DNA from: a bacterium
Lineage (GTDB): Bacteria; Patescibacteriota; Minisyncoccia; Sungbacterales; SURF-37
Reading direction: 5' to 3'
NCBI GenBank assembly: GCA_030648055.1
Contig: JAUSHI010000007.1
Coordinates: forward strand, 49,621 to 113,620
DNA length: 64,000 bases
The notes below the pieces were generated by a model, which was given only the letters and a program-made list of their open reading frames with translations, was not told where the DNA came from and did not search any database. Position numbers and translations under genes: made by a program. Of this stretch, positions 53,072-63,281 are shown in pieces. Position 1 is the first letter of the stretch. The number at the start of each line of letters is the position of its first letter.

Positions 53072-55694
53072 AAGCATAAAAAAACAGGAACGGCTGGTGA
53101 TTATTGATTCAAACGCGATTATTCACCGCGCCTTTCACGCTCTTCCTCCTCTTACTTCCCCGAAGGGCGAGCCGACCAACGCCGTATATGGTTTTACCAC
53201 CATGCTTCTTCGCATTATAAGAGAATTAAAACCCGACTACATTGCCGGCGCTTTTGACACACCCAAACCGACTTTTCGCCACATCGCTTATGAGCAATAT
53301 AAAGCAACGCGGACAAAGGCCCCCGACGAACTATATGTTCAGATTCCCCGTGTTAAAGAAATGCTCGGCGTTTTCGGAATTCCGGTTTTTGAAAAAGAAG
53401 GATTTGAAGCAGATGATGTGATTGGCACAATTGTGGAAATAGCGGGGAAAAAATATCCCGGCCTTGAAATTGTCATTGTTACCGGCGACATGGATACACT
53501 TCAGCTTGTAAACGATAAAACAAAAGTGTGGACGATGCGCAAAGGCATTACCGACACGGTATTTTACGACCCGAAAGCGGTTGTGGAGCGCTTTAACGTC
53601 CCTCCGGAGTCCATGCCCGATTACAAAGGATTAAGAGGGGATCCTTCGGACAATATAATCGGCGTCAGGGGTATCGGTGAAAAAACGGCCTCCGAGCTTT
53701 TGGGCAAGTATAAAACTTTGGAGAAACTGTATCAGGCGCTTGAGAAAGGAACCCTTTTGGCATCAGTTTCGGTTAAAACCAAGCTCCGCGACGGCAAAGA
53801 AGGTGCTTTTTTCTCGCGAACTCTGGCAACAATCAGGCGCGATACGCCGCTTATTTTTGATTTGGCGGCCCTTGCTTTGAAACGCGCTCCTGAAAGTCAC
53901 AAGCGTGAAAAATTATTCCGTGAGCTTGGTTTTTTCAGTTTGTTGAAGCGGATAAGCGAAGAAAACACCGGAAGTAATAAAAAAGCGGCCGCAACACCCG
54001 CTCTCGCGCAGGGCTCGCTTTTGACCGAAATTTCTTTTCCGGGAAGCGCAGCATTTAAAAAATTTATCGCAAAAAAAAATCACAAGGAAGCAGCTCTGGA
54101 ATTCTTTCCGGATAAAAAAACATTATTGGCAAGTTTCCCAGGCGGCGAAATTTTTTCGTTAAAGATAGTAGGACCTTTTTCCGTTGAAGTAAAAAACTTT
54201 CTTGAATCTGAAACGCTTAAATATATTTTTGACGCAAAACCTCTTTATCGGGAGCTTGTTGGCTCGGGGGTTGTAGCTAAAAATGTTTTTGATTTTTTAC
54301 TTGCCGCTTACCTTTTTGACTCGGGGCGTGGTGAGTACGCCGTTGATGAGTTTTTATCGGAAATCCTCGGTGTTAACGAGGTGCCGCAAAAAATGATGGA
54401 AAAATTCAAAAGCTTTTTTAAGGCCGGGAGTATTGCGCGAGAACGCCTTGAAAAAGAGGAGTTAACTGGTGTTTTTAAAAATATTGAATTGCCCCTGACA
54501 CCCATTCTTGCCGAGATGGAGGCTTTTGGAATTTATTTGGATCAGGGTTTGCTCAAAAGGCTTTCTAAAAAAGTTGATAGAGAGCTTGCCGATCTTACAG
54601 GAGTAATTTATAAAGACGCCGGAGGAGAGTTTAACATAAATTCCCCCCAGCAGGTTTCGGAAATTCTTTTCGTTAAGCTCGGCATCGCGGTTAAGGGAGT
54701 AAGAAAAACTGGTGGCGGGAAAATTTCTACAAAATTTTCCGAGCTTTCCAAACTTATCGGACGGCATCCTGTTATTGAAAAGCTTATCCGTTTTCGTGAG
54801 CTTTCAAAATTAAAGAGCACTTATGTTGATGTTCTGCCTTCTTTTTTGGGCAAAGACGGCCGGCTACACACCACATTTAATCAGGCCGGAACTCAGACTG
54901 GGCGCATGTCTTCGGAAAACCCCAATCTGCAAAATATTCCGATTAAAACAGAGTTTGGGCGCGAGGTCAGGAAAGCGTTTGCTGCAGAAATTGGATGGAC
55001 CTTAGTTTCATTTGATTATTCACAAATTGAATTGAGAATTGCTGCGGATTTGTCGGGGGACAAAAAAATGATTGAGGCCTTCAAGAAAGGATTGGACATT
55101 CACGCTTTAACCGCTTCTGAAGTAAACAATGTGCCACTTGAGAAAGTAACCCCGGAGTTGAGGCGTAAGGCCAAGGCGCTTAATTTTGGGGTGCTTTATG
55201 GAATGGGGGCTAGGGGGTTTGCCGAATCGGCAGGCATAAATATCGGCGAGGCGCAAATTTTTATTGAAGAATATTTTGACGATTTTAAGGGTGTTGCCGA
55301 GTTTATTGAAAAAACAAAAAAGTTCGCGCATGATCACGGATTTGTAAAAACCGCGTTTGGACGCAAGCGCTACTTGCCGGGCATTCTTTCGGCCAATCCC
55401 ATGATACGGAGTGAAGCCGAACGCATGGCGGTAAACATGCCCATACAGGGAACAGCGACGGGAGATGTTATGAAGCTTGCTATGATCAGCGTTCACGGAC
55501 TTCTTGAAAAGAATTATTACGCGAAGGCGCGCATGCTTTTGCAGATTCACGATGAACTTTTATGCGAGATAGAAGAAAGCGCGGTATCGGCCGTTGTCCC
55601 TGTTATTAAAACGGCAATGGAAAGTGTTTGGCACGGCAAGGTGAAACTTAGGGTTGATGTGAAGACCGGAAAAAATTGGGCGGAGCTGGAGTAA
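53058..55694 (+). CDS. polA: DNA polymerase I
   Basis: Start chosen at ATG 53058 (overlaps tsaE by 14 nt). 5'-nuclease domain (LVIIDSNAIIHRAFHA, GDPSDNI). Pol motifs DYSQIELR, RRKAKALNFGVLYG and QIHDEL. Confidence 0.9.
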   Translation: MAKSKSIKKQERLVIIDSNAIIHRAFHALPPLTSPKGEPTNAVYGFTTMLLRIIRELKPDYIAGAFDTPKPTFRHIAYEQYKATRTKAPDELYVQIPRVKEMLGVFGIPVFEKEGFEADDVIGTIVEIAGKKYPGLEIVIVTGDMDTLQLVNDKTKVWTMRKGITDTVFYDPKAVVERFNVPPESMPDYKGLRGDPSDNIIGVRGIGEKTASELLGKYKTLEKLYQALEKGTLLASVSVKTKLRDGKEGAFFSRTLATIRRDTPLIFDLAALALKRAPESHKREKLFRELGFFSLLKRISEENTGSNKKAAATPALAQGSLLTEISFPGSAAFKKFIAKKNHKEAALEFFPDKKTLLASFPGGEIFSLKIVGPFSVEVKNFLESETLKYIFDAKPLYRELVGSGVVAKNVFDFLLAAYLFDSGRGEYAVDEFLSEILGVNEVPQKMMEKFKSFFKAGSIARERLEKEELTGVFKNIELPLTPILAEMEAFGIYLDQGLLKRLSKKVDRELADLTGVIYKDAGGEFNINSPQQVSEILFVKLGIAVKGVRKTGGGKISTKFSELSKLIGRHPVIEKLIRFRELSKLKSTYVDVLPSFLGKDGRLHTTFNQAGTQTGRMSSENPNLQNIPIKTEFGREVRKAFAAEIGWTLVSFDYSQIELRIAADLSGDKKMIEAFKKGLDIHALTASEVNNVPLEKVTPELRRKAKALNFGVLYGMGARGFAESAGINIGEAQIFIEEYFDDFKGVAEFIEKTKKFAHDHGFVKTAFGRKRYLPGILSANPMIRSEAERMAVNMPIQGTATGDVMKLAMISVHGLLEKNYYAKARMLLQIHDELLCEIEESAVSAVVPVIKTAMESVWHGKVKLRVDVKTGKNWAELE

Positions 55695-56038
55695 GCGCTA
55701 ATATAAAATTTATAAGATAAAAATCAGCGGGTGCTTGGGATGAACGCTAATTTTTTTACGAATTTGTTTTTGTTATCGTACTCTCTGCTCCCGGTCAAAA
55801 ACCGTTCGTTGTTTCGCTTTCAAAATTCCCTCGGCCGTAAGAGTCTATTTTCCTAAATTCCGCGGTCAGTACGCCCATACTTAGTTCGATCATTATTAAA
55901 ACCCAGAACTAAACCACGTTTTGCGTGGTCATAGCCGCTTCCGTGTATTTCCCCACAAGGAAAACAAATTTGGTTGAGCTTCCGCTTGATCTGGCGGGTG
56001 GTGTTAAAACCCGGGAAAGGCTTAAGGTGTAGCGGGGG

Positions 56039-56066
56039 GCTTGCTACCGTTTTTTGGGTGATATAT
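56039..56066 (+). terminator. Weak terminator-like hairpin about 340 nt after polA
   Basis: GTAGC/GCTAC 5-bp stem with a G-rich loop, followed by TTTTTT. Confidence 0.3.
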
Positions 56067-56087
56067 TATATACTATATAGTGATATT

Positions 56088-56492
56088 ATGGTTGACGAAA
56101 CATTGCGCGTTAAAACAGTTGTTCTTATTGTTGAAGACGATAAGTTTTTAAGCACGCTTCTTTCCGAAAAGCTTCAGCGAGAAGGAATTTTTGTCGTTAG
56201 CGCGGAAAATGGCGAAGAGGCGTTGATTAAAATGAAAGCTGACCCCCAGCCGCAGGTGATACTTCTTGACCTTCTTTTGCCAATAGTTGACGGGTTTGAG
56301 GTTTTGCGGAGGATGAGAGAAGACCAGGAGTTAAAACGTATTCCCGTATTAGTGCTTTCAAATCTTGGACAAGAGAGTGACATTAAGAGGGCGAAAGATT
56401 TGGGAGCGGTGGATTATATGGTCAAGGCCTATTTCACTCCGGGTGAAATTGTTGATAAGGTCAGACGCATCATTCGCGAAGAGTACGTATAA
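56088..56492 (+). CDS. Single-domain response regulator (CheY-like receiver)
   Basis: Start chosen at ATG 56088. LIVEDD, ILLDLLLP, LSNL and VDYMVKA. Confidence 0.8.
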   Translation: MVDETLRVKTVVLIVEDDKFLSTLLSEKLQREGIFVVSAENGEEALIKMKADPQPQVILLDLLLPIVDGFEVLRRMREDQELKRIPVLVLSNLGQESDIKRAKDLGAVDYMVKAYFTPGEIVDKVRRIIREEYV

Positions 56493-56529
56493 GCCAGTTT
56501 GTAGGAATTAGCTGGTAGGAAAAACCTAA

Positions 56530-56553
56530 AGCCACAAGCCACAAGCCACAAGC
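56530..56553 (+). repeat. Heptanucleotide tandem repeat (AGCCACA) x3.4 just upstream of holA
   Basis: AGCCACAAGCCACAAGCCACAAGC, ending 2 nt before the ATG at 56556. Confidence 0.85.
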
Positions 56554-56555
56554 TA

Positions 56556-57467
56556 ATGATTCATCTTATTTACGGTCCGGATACTTTTCGGAGCCGCCGC
56601 TGTCTTGCTAATATTGTTGGTAATTTTGTAAAATCGGCTGGAGACGGAATTCCGGCTGTTTTTTATTTTGATGCCGAAGAAAGCGATTTTTCGCGTATTT
56701 TGCAAATGCATAACAGTTTGTCGCTTTTCAGTGCAAAAAGGATTATCGTGCTTGAGCGTGTTTTTTCCGCGAAGAAGAGTGTGTTTTCAAGCATTGAACA
56801 TTTGCTTAAAGAATGGGTGTCTTCTCCTGATACCACTTTTGTTTTTTGGGATGGCGATTGCGTGGAAAGCGCGGCCCTTTCGCGGGTTAAAAAATCCGCG
56901 CACGGAGTTGAAGAATTTTCTTTGCTTAATGGCGCATCTCTTGAAAAATGCGCTGAAGAAGAAATTAAAAGGCGCGATATTAAACTTTCCCAAGGACTTA
57001 AGGCGGCATTATTAATGAGTAGTGGTGGGGATCTTTGGAAGTTTTCCATGGACCTTGATAAATACGAGGTCGGCGGACTTTTTCAGGAAAGGAAAACCAT
57101 AAGTGAAGAGAAGATGTGGAATTTTACCGATGCATTTTTGGTAAGAAAGCGCTTGGCTCTCGCGTCTGCCGTCCGCCTTTTATCCGGTGGCGCGGACATG
57201 CTTTATCTTATGGGCGCTCTCAGCAAAACACTTCGCGCGACCCTTGCTCTTCGCGACGCGATTGAAAAGAAAATAGCCATTTCGGATGTAGCGCAGAAAC
57301 TTGAGTTAAAGCCATTTGTGGCGAATAAGCAGGCGCGCGTCGTTCGCGACATTAAGCCGGAAACTCTTGCCGGCAACTATCGTCTTTTGCTTAACACGGA
57401 TGAAAACATAAAAACCGGGAAACTCCCGGCGCCAATTGCGTTTCTTAGTCTTTTCGTAAAAAATTGA
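56556..57467 (+). CDS. holA: DNA polymerase III delta subunit-like protein
   Basis: 303 aa. N-terminal IHLIYGPDTF and length fit HolA; similarity is weak by eye. Confidence 0.55.
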   Translation: MIHLIYGPDTFRSRRCLANIVGNFVKSAGDGIPAVFYFDAEESDFSRILQMHNSLSLFSAKRIIVLERVFSAKKSVFSSIEHLLKEWVSSPDTTFVFWDGDCVESAALSRVKKSAHGVEEFSLLNGASLEKCAEEEIKRRDIKLSQGLKAALLMSSGGDLWKFSMDLDKYEVGGLFQERKTISEEKMWNFTDAFLVRKRLALASAVRLLSGGADMLYLMGALSKTLRATLALRDAIEKKIAISDVAQKLELKPFVANKQARVVRDIKPETLAGNYRLLLNTDENIKTGKLPAPIAFLSLFVKN

Positions 57468-57588
57468 TTGTTAACAATTAATTAATAATCGTTGTAGAGG
57501 TGTTAACAATTCCTTTTCGGTTTTTTATTGGTATATTTATCCGCCCTAAAACAATTTTTGCAAAAATGTTCGGGCGACCCCGCGGGGT

Positions 57589-57858
57589 TTAGCCGCCTTT
57601 TGCTTTGCGAATAGATTTCATCAGCCGTGATTTTTTTCTGGCGGCGGCATTTTTTTTGATTACATTTTTTTTAGCCGCTTTATCCAGCGCTTTATAGGCC
57701 TTCGGTACGAGAGCCTCGGCCTCCTTTATTTTTTTGTTCATTATAAGTTTTTGGATTTCTTTAAGGACATCTTTAAAAGCCTCTTTTTGTTGGAGGTTCC
57801 GTTTTTGTCGTCGTAATGATTGGCGGAGCGCTTTTTTAGCTGATTGAGTTATTGGCAT
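57589..57858 (-). CDS. rpsT: 30S ribosomal protein S20
   Basis: MPITQSAKKALRQSLRRQKRN. Confidence 0.9.
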   Translation of the reverse strand: MPITQSAKKALRQSLRRQKRNLQQKEAFKDVLKEIQKLIMNKKIKEAEALVPKAYKALDKAAKKNVIKKNAAARKKSRLMKSIRKAKGG

Positions 57859-57902
57859 ACTTGATTCAGGATAGCAAAAATGGACATTTTGTCAAATAGA
57901 TA

Positions 57903-59876
57903 TTATTTATTCTTATACATTTTTATTCGGTCGCGTATTCTTGCCGCCAGCTCAAAATCCATCGCCTTAGCCGCCTTTTTCATTTCGTGTTCAAGGGCAG
58001 AGATAATCTCCCGCGTAGGCGCGTTTGGTGGCGCAAATACGTCTTCTTCTTTTTTCGGGGCGAGTTCTTCTAAAAGTGATTTCCTGATGGCTTTTTCTAT
58101 TTTTGTCGGTGTCAGTCCGTGTTCGCGGTTATATTCTTCCTGAATTTTACGGCGTCTCTTTGTTTCTTCCATCGCGCGTTTCATGGAGTCAGTAATGGTA
58201 TCGGCGTAAAGAATTACTTCGCCGTCAATGTGGCGCGCGGCGCGGCCTATAATTTGCAGAAGAGTGGTTTTGTTTCGCAGAAAACCCTCTTTGTCCGCGT
58301 CTAAAATAGCAATGAACGAGACCTCGGGCAGATCCAGTCCTTCCCGCAAAAGATTGATGCCGACGATTACATCGTGTTCTCCGGTGCGGAGTTTTTTTAG
58401 GACATCCGAGCGTTCAAGTGTTTTTATCTCAGAATGCAGGTATTCGGCTTTTATGCCCGCCTCTTTAAGGTATTCGGCAATGTCTTCCGCGAGGCGTTTG
58501 GTAAGCGCTAAAACAAGCGAGCGCTCTTTTTTCGCTATTCGCTTTTTAATTTCGGTGATCACGCTTTTTATCTGTCTTCTTGTCGGGCGGATTTCTATTT
58601 TGGGGTCAAGCACGCCAGTCGGCCTGATTAGTTGTTCTGCTATATATCCTTTTGATTTTTCAAGTTCATAATCATTAGGCGTGGCCGAGACATAAATACG
58701 CTGGTTTATTTTTTTATCAAATTCCGTAAATTTTAACGGGCGGTTATCAATTGCCGACGGCAGACGGAAGCCGTAGTCAACCAAAGTTTGTTTTCGCGCA
58801 AAATCTCCGTTGTACATTCCGCGGATTTGGGGAAGCGAGACGTGCGACTCATCAAGAAATACCAAAAAATCTTTTCCAAAGCGGTGGCGGTAGTAGTCAA
58901 TCAGGGTGAAGGGTGGCGAGCCTGGCTCACGGAAGGAGAGCTGGCGCGAATAATTTTCAATGCCGTTGGTGTATCCGGTTTCGGTCAGCATTTCCAAATC
59001 AAAGTTTGTGCGTTGTTCCAGCCGCTCGGCCTCTAACAATCGCCCGGCTTCCTTAAGTATTTTTAGTCGCCTTTTTAACTCTTGTTTTATATTCTCTATG
59101 GCAAGTTTAAGTTTTTGGCGGGGCGTGACAAAGTGTTTTGCTGGAAATATTTTTACAGAATATAGAATTTGGAATCTAGAATCTAGAGCGCGATGTTGCT
59201 GTGCGCGCTTTTTGAGTGAAGTAATAGTATTGTTTTCCAGCTCAACGGTAATGGTTTCTTCTCCCGACGGCAGATAAATTTCAACCGCGTCTCCGCGCGC
59301 CCTGAAGTGCCCCTGCCGCGGGTCAAAATCGTTTTTGGCGTATTGTAAAAGTATTAGATAGCGGAGTAGGTCCCTTCTGGTCATTTTTTCACCTATTTTC
59401 AGTTCAAGCGCTATTTTTTCGTATTCTTCCGGGTCGCCAATGCCGTAAATGCAGGAAACGGACGCCACGATTATTACATCATCTCTTGTTAGAAGCGAGG
59501 CGGTTGAGGCATGTCTCAATGCGTCGATGATTTCGTTAATTTTAGCGTCCTTTTCTATGTAGGTATCGCTCTGCGGAATATAGGCCTCGGGCTGGTAGTA
59601 ATCGTAATAAGAAACGAAATAATGTACCGCATTTTCGGGGAAGAATTCTTTAAATTCCTGATAGAGTTGGGCGGCCAGAGTTTTATTGTGCGAAATAATG
59701 AGGGCCGGTTTTTGTGCGCGTTCAATTACATTCGCCATAGTGAATGTTTTTCCCGATCCCGTGACCCCCAAAAGTGTTTGATGCGTTACGCCGGAACGCA
59801 AATTTACCGCCAACTGGTCAATGGCTTTTGGCTGATCGCCGGTTGGTTTAAATAGCGAGGCGAGTTTAAAATCCAA
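57903..59876 (-). CDS. uvrB: Excinuclease ABC subunit B
   Basis: [13 protein letters not shown], and a C-terminal UVR motif [13 protein letters not shown]. Confidence 0.95.
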   Translation of the reverse strand: MDFKLASLFKPTGDQPKAIDQLAVNLRSGVTHQTLLGVTGSGKTFTMANVIERAQKPALIISHNKTLAAQLYQEFKEFFPENAVHYFVSYYDYYQPEAYIPQSDTYIEKDAKINEIIDALRHASTASLLTRDDVIIVASVSCIYGIGDPEEYEKIALELKIGEKMTRRDLLRYLILLQYAKNDFDPRQGHFRARGDAVEIYLPSGEETITVELENNTITSLKKRAQQHRALDSRFQILYSVKIFPAKHFVTPRQKLKLAIENIKQELKRRLKILKEAGRLLEAERLEQRTNFDLEMLTETGYTNGIENYSRQLSFREPGSPPFTLIDYYRHRFGKDFLVFLDESHVSLPQIRGMYNGDFARKQTLVDYGFRLPSAIDNRPLKFTEFDKKINQRIYVSATPNDYELEKSKGYIAEQLIRPTGVLDPKIEIRPTRRQIKSVITEIKKRIAKKERSLVLALTKRLAEDIAEYLKEAGIKAEYLHSEIKTLERSDVLKKLRTGEHDVIVGINLLREGLDLPEVSFIAILDADKEGFLRNKTTLLQIIGRAARHIDGEVILYADTITDSMKRAMEETKRRRKIQEEYNREHGLTPTKIEKAIRKSLLEELAPKKEEDVFAPPNAPTREIISALEHEMKKAAKAMDFELAARIRDRIKMYKNK

Positions 59877-59899
59877 AGTCGTGTTATAATTGGAATAAG

Positions 59900-60487
59900 A
59901 TGATAAGTTTTCTTGCAGGCAAAATTGAATTTAAAGGAGAAAAATTTGCCGTGATAAACGTCGGTGGCGTGGGTTACCGTGTTTTTGCTTCAGCCGACAC
60001 GCTTAAAAAAATACCAGAAAAAGGTGAGAGTGTCAAACTTTGGACGAATTTGTATGTTCGGGAAGATGCGCTTGAGCTTTACGGATTTATCCATCAGTCG
60101 GAGCTTGAACTTTTTGAAACGCTTATTCATGTCTCGGGCATCGGCCCCAAGACCGGGCTCGGTGTTATGGGTGTTGCTCCGGTTGATATATTAAGGCGCG
60201 CTATTGCTTCCGGGGATACCTCATATCTTACCCGTGTTTCTGGTATTGGGCGCAAAATTGCGGAAAAAATAATTTTGGAACTTAAAGAAAAAATGGCCGG
60301 CAAGGGAATTACGGTTGAAGCCCCGGAACTTAAAGAAGAGGCCGACGCGCTTGAGGCACTGGTCTCGCTCGGCTATTCGCAAAGAGAAGCGCGCGAGGCC
60401 CTGCAGGAAGTGTCCCGCGATATTAAGAGTCCGGAGAAGCGGATAAAAGAGGCCTTAAAAAAATTAGGAGGAGGAATTAGGAGATAA
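59900..60487 (+). CDS. ruvA: Holliday junction DNA helicase RuvA
   Basis: [18 protein letters not shown].., HhH motif VSGIGPKTG, and domain [15 protein letters not shown]. Confidence 0.9.
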   Translation: MISFLAGKIEFKGEKFAVINVGGVGYRVFASADTLKKIPEKGESVKLWTNLYVREDALELYGFIHQSELELFETLIHVSGIGPKTGLGVMGVAPVDILRRAIASGDTSYLTRVSGIGRKIAEKIILELKEKMAGKGITVEAPELKEEADALEALVSLGYSQREAREALQEVSRDIKSPEKRIKEALKKLGGGIRR

Positions 60488-60501
60488 AAAAGCGTTCCTT
60501 T

Positions 60502-60960
60502 TTAGGAACGGGTTTTTTTGAGAGAAATATCGGTTTGGGGGAAAATGCGCATTATGCCTTCTTTGTAGAGCATTTCAATATCGTAGGTATAAAGCGGCAG
60601 CCGTGTTTTGAAATAAAACGTGCCGCCACCGGAAAGATCCAAAGGGATATCAGCTCTCATTACGGCCCAGGCGCTTTTTTTGAGGCGAATTTTCACCGGC
60701 CGATGCCCTTTGCCACGCAAAAATTCTTTACACTCTTTTCGTTGATGTTTTTTCCATCGTATTACGCCGGCACTCTTTGCTTTCGGGCCACTCAAAACAT
60801 ATTCAGGATTTGCCAGCCACACCTCTTCTACGATGCCGTTTATGTAGGCCACGGAGGAAATTGATTCGCGATGTTTTAGTTGCACGAGATCACCCGGAAG
60901 CAGGCGGAATTGGTCTAGGCGGATTTGTTTGGATTTCGGCACTTCATCCTTGTAATTCAC
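60502..60960 (-). CDS. Hypothetical protein
   Basis: 152-aa ORF. No motif recognised. Confidence 0.4.
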   Translation of the reverse strand: MNYKDEVPKSKQIRLDQFRLLPGDLVQLKHRESISSVAYINGIVEEVWLANPEYVLSGPKAKSAGVIRWKKHQRKECKEFLRGKGHRPVKIRLKKSAWAVMRADIPLDLSGGGTFYFKTRLPLYTYDIEMLYKEGIMRIFPQTDISLKKTRS

Positions 60961-60994
60961 TAATTCCTCCAGTAAGTTATTTTAAGGTGCTTCT

Positions 60995-61900
60995 TTGATT
61001 GAAATTAACACCACAAGAAACGAAATGCAACAATCTTTTCTTCAATCCCAAGAATGGGAAAAATTGCAGGAGCAGCTTGGCAGAAAAATCTGGCGGATAT
61101 GCGGGTATCTTGTTATCCGGCATGACTTGGCTGGCGGATTTAATTACCTTTATGCTCCGCGCCTGCCCGAGCTTGAAGACGAGTTTTTACAAAAAGTCCG
61201 CGAAGTAGCATTTAAGGAAAAGTCCTTCTTTCTGAAAGTTGACCCTATAAAAAATTTCCAATTTCCAATTTCCAATTTCCAATTTCACGAATCGCACGGT
61301 TTGCAGCCGAGGAAAACGATAATTATTGATCTTGCGAAATCGGAAGAAGAATTGCTCGGCGAAATGCATCCGAAAACCCGCTATAACATACGCCTCGCCG
61401 AGAAGCGCGGAGTCAATGTCGCCAAATATCACCCATTTATAGCAAAAGACATTATGGAAACCTTCGGGGAGCTTATGGAAGAGACGGCACGTCGTGATAA
61501 ATTTCGTCTTCATCCGGCAGAGTATTATCATAAGCTTTTAAAAATCCGAGGAACGCGTTTTGAAAATGCTTTGTTTCTCGCCGAATACAGGGGCAGAGCG
61601 CTTGCGGCCGCCTTGGTCAATTATTATGAGAAGAGCGTGACTTATTTGCACGGCGCCTCTTCCAGTTTTCATCGCGACATGATGGCCCCGCATCTCGTGC
61701 ATTGGCGCGCGATTCAGGACGCTAAAAAAAACGGGTTTTTGTCGTACGACCTCTGGGGGATTGATGAAAAAAAATGGCCGGGTATAAGCAGGTTCAAAAC
61801 CGGCTTCGGCGGAAATATTGTTGAATATCCGCAATCAATTGATATTATTTTTCGGCCGGTGTGGTACAGGATATATAAGTTAGCCCGTAAGGTGTTTTAA
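60995..61900 (+). CDS. FemAB/FemX-family peptidoglycan interpeptide-bridge aminoacyltransferase-like protein
   Basis: FLQSQEWEKLQ, YLHGASS and HLVHWRAIQDAKKNGFLSYDLWGI. The track start is TTG 60995; ATG 61025 is an alternative. Confidence 0.65.
   Translation: MIEINTTRNEMQQSFLQSQEWEKLQEQLGRKIWRICGYLVIRHDLAGGFNYLYAPRLPELEDEFLQKVREVAFKEKSFFLKVDPIKNFQFPISNFQFHESHGLQPRKTIIIDLAKSEEELLGEMHPKTRYNIRLAEKRGVNVAKYHPFIAKDIMETFGELMEETARRDKFRLHPAEYYHKLLKIRGTRFENALFLAEYRGRALAAALVNYYEKSVTYLHGASSSFHRDMMAPHLVHWRAIQDAKKNGFLSYDLWGIDEKKWPGISRFKTGFGGNIVEYPQSIDIIFRPVWYRIYKLARKVF
61253..61287 (+). repeat. Heptanucleotide tandem repeat (AATTTCC) x4 plus AATTTCA inside the FemX-like CDS
   Basis: Four perfect units at 61253-61280 and a fifth unit with one change. 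Encodes NFQFPISNFQF. Confidence 0.9.
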
Positions 61901-61904
61901 AGAA

Positions 61905-63197
61905 ATGGAATTTATACTTCGTGCCGTCAAAAAAATTATTCCCCCATTCCTTTTTCGTGTTTTACAGCCGGTGTATCATTTTGCGCTGGCGTTTTTGGCG
62001 GCACTCATTTTCGGGTTTCCTTCTAAAAAGATAAAAGTGATTGGCGTGACCGGCACGGATGGAAAATCAAGCGCGGTTGAGATTTTGCACGAAATTCTCC
62101 GCAACGCTGGTTTTTCCGTTGCCTCAGCCTCTTCTCTTCGTTTCAAAATAAACAGCGAGGAAGAGGTGAATTTGAAGAAAATGACTATGCCCGGGCGTTT
62201 CTTCACCCAGAGATTTCTTTTGAGAGCGGTAAAAGCCGGCACCGATTTCGCGATACTTGAAGTGACCTCTGAGGGTATCAGGCAGTTTCGCCATAAATTC
62301 ATTGAGTTTGATGGCGCCCTGCTTACCAATCTCACGCCGGAGCATATTGAATCGCACGGTAGTTTTGAAAATTATCGCGAGGCAAAAGAAAAACTTTTTT
62401 CCTCGCTTCCGGGGGGCGGGTTTGCCGTCATAAACCGCGACGACCCGTCGTGGAAGCATTTTTCAGACGCGACAAGGGCCCAGAAAATTTTTTATAGCAA
62501 AGAAGCGATAAGCGAAAACGGAACTTTTCATCGGGTGAGCGGCGTAGAGCGGAAAGGCAGGATTTCTTTTGAAATTGAGGGGGTTCGTTTTGAGTCAAAT
62601 CTTTTTGGCGCGTTTAACGTGATGAATATTCTCGCGGCAGTGGCCATGGCTCATGCTTTCGGCGTTTCCTTTATGAGAAGTGCTGACGCGTTGAAAAAAA
62701 TTTCCGGCGTTCCCGGCCGGCTGGAAATTGTCGCGGAAAAATCGTTTCGCGTCGTGGTTGATTACGCGCATACGCCCAACGCCCTCAAAAGTGTTTATGG
62801 CGTTCTTAAAGACGCGTTTCCCTCTTCAAAACTTATCTGTGTGCTGGGGGCGGCCGGTGGGGGGCGGGATAAATGGAAGCGGTCGGAATTCGGAAAAATA
62901 GCCGGAGAATTTTGCGGCGAAATTATTTTGACCAACGAAGACCCGTACGATGAATCGCCCCGTGAAATTGTAGACCAAATCGCTTCCAGCATTCAGCATT
63001 CAGCATTCAGCATTCAGCATTTAAGAAGGATATTGGACAGGCGAATGGCAATTCACGAAGCGTTGCATCTTGCGAAACCCGATGACACGGTTATTATCAC
63101 CGGTAAGGGTGCCGAGCAATGGATTATGGGTCCGGCAAACATAAAAATTCCATGGGATGACAGGAGGGTTGTAAGAGAGGAATTGGGAAATTTATAG
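61905..63197 (+). CDS. murE: Mur ligase, MurE-like
   Basis: P-loop GVTGTDGKSS, DYAHTP and GAAGGGRDKWKR. Lies next to the femX-like gene. Confidence 0.8.
   Translation: MEFILRAVKKIIPPFLFRVLQPVYHFALAFLAALIFGFPSKKIKVIGVTGTDGKSSAVEILHEILRNAGFSVASASSLRFKINSEEEVNLKKMTMPGRFFTQRFLLRAVKAGTDFAILEVTSEGIRQFRHKFIEFDGALLTNLTPEHIESHGSFENYREAKEKLFSSLPGGGFAVINRDDPSWKHFSDATRAQKIFYSKEAISENGTFHRVSGVERKGRISFEIEGVRFESNLFGAFNVMNILAAVAMAHAFGVSFMRSADALKKISGVPGRLEIVAEKSFRVVVDYAHTPNALKSVYGVLKDAFPSSKLICVLGAAGGGRDKWKRSEFGKIAGEFCGEIILTNEDPYDESPREIVDQIASSIQHSAFSIQHLRRILDRRMAIHEALHLAKPDDTVIITGKGAEQWIMGPANIKIPWDDRRVVREELGNL
62988..63021 (+). repeat. Heptanucleotide tandem repeat (AGCATTC) x4 plus AGCATT inside the MurE-like CDS
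   Basis: Four perfect units at 62988-63015 plus a partial unit. Encodes SIQHSAFSIQH. Confidence 0.9.
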
Positions 63198-63281
63198 AAA
63201 TAAAATAGCGGCGGGCGTAATACACCTATCATTATTTATTGAGAGAATGTTTAAATAATTATTGGGATTTATTTTCTTGAT

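Noticed and set aside
55695-56087. A 390-bp ORF-free spacer after polA with a hairpin (ACCACG..CGTGGT) and a weak terminator, considered as a possible sRNA, SRP RNA or 6S RNA.
   Set aside because: No conserved SRP or 6S signature was found. The promoter candidates are weak (TTACGA, 17-nt spacer, TACTCT) and the terminator stem is only 5 bp. Evidence is insufficient to call an RNA gene.
59163-59187. A degenerate 7-nt periodicity (TAGAATT TGGAATC TAGAATC TAGA) inside uvrB.
   Set aside because: Only about 2.3 perfect units are present. The region aligns in length with the equivalent UvrB segment of E. coli (a difference of about 3 aa), so it is not clearly an insertion. It is mentioned only as a possible decayed relative of the perfect heptamer arrays.
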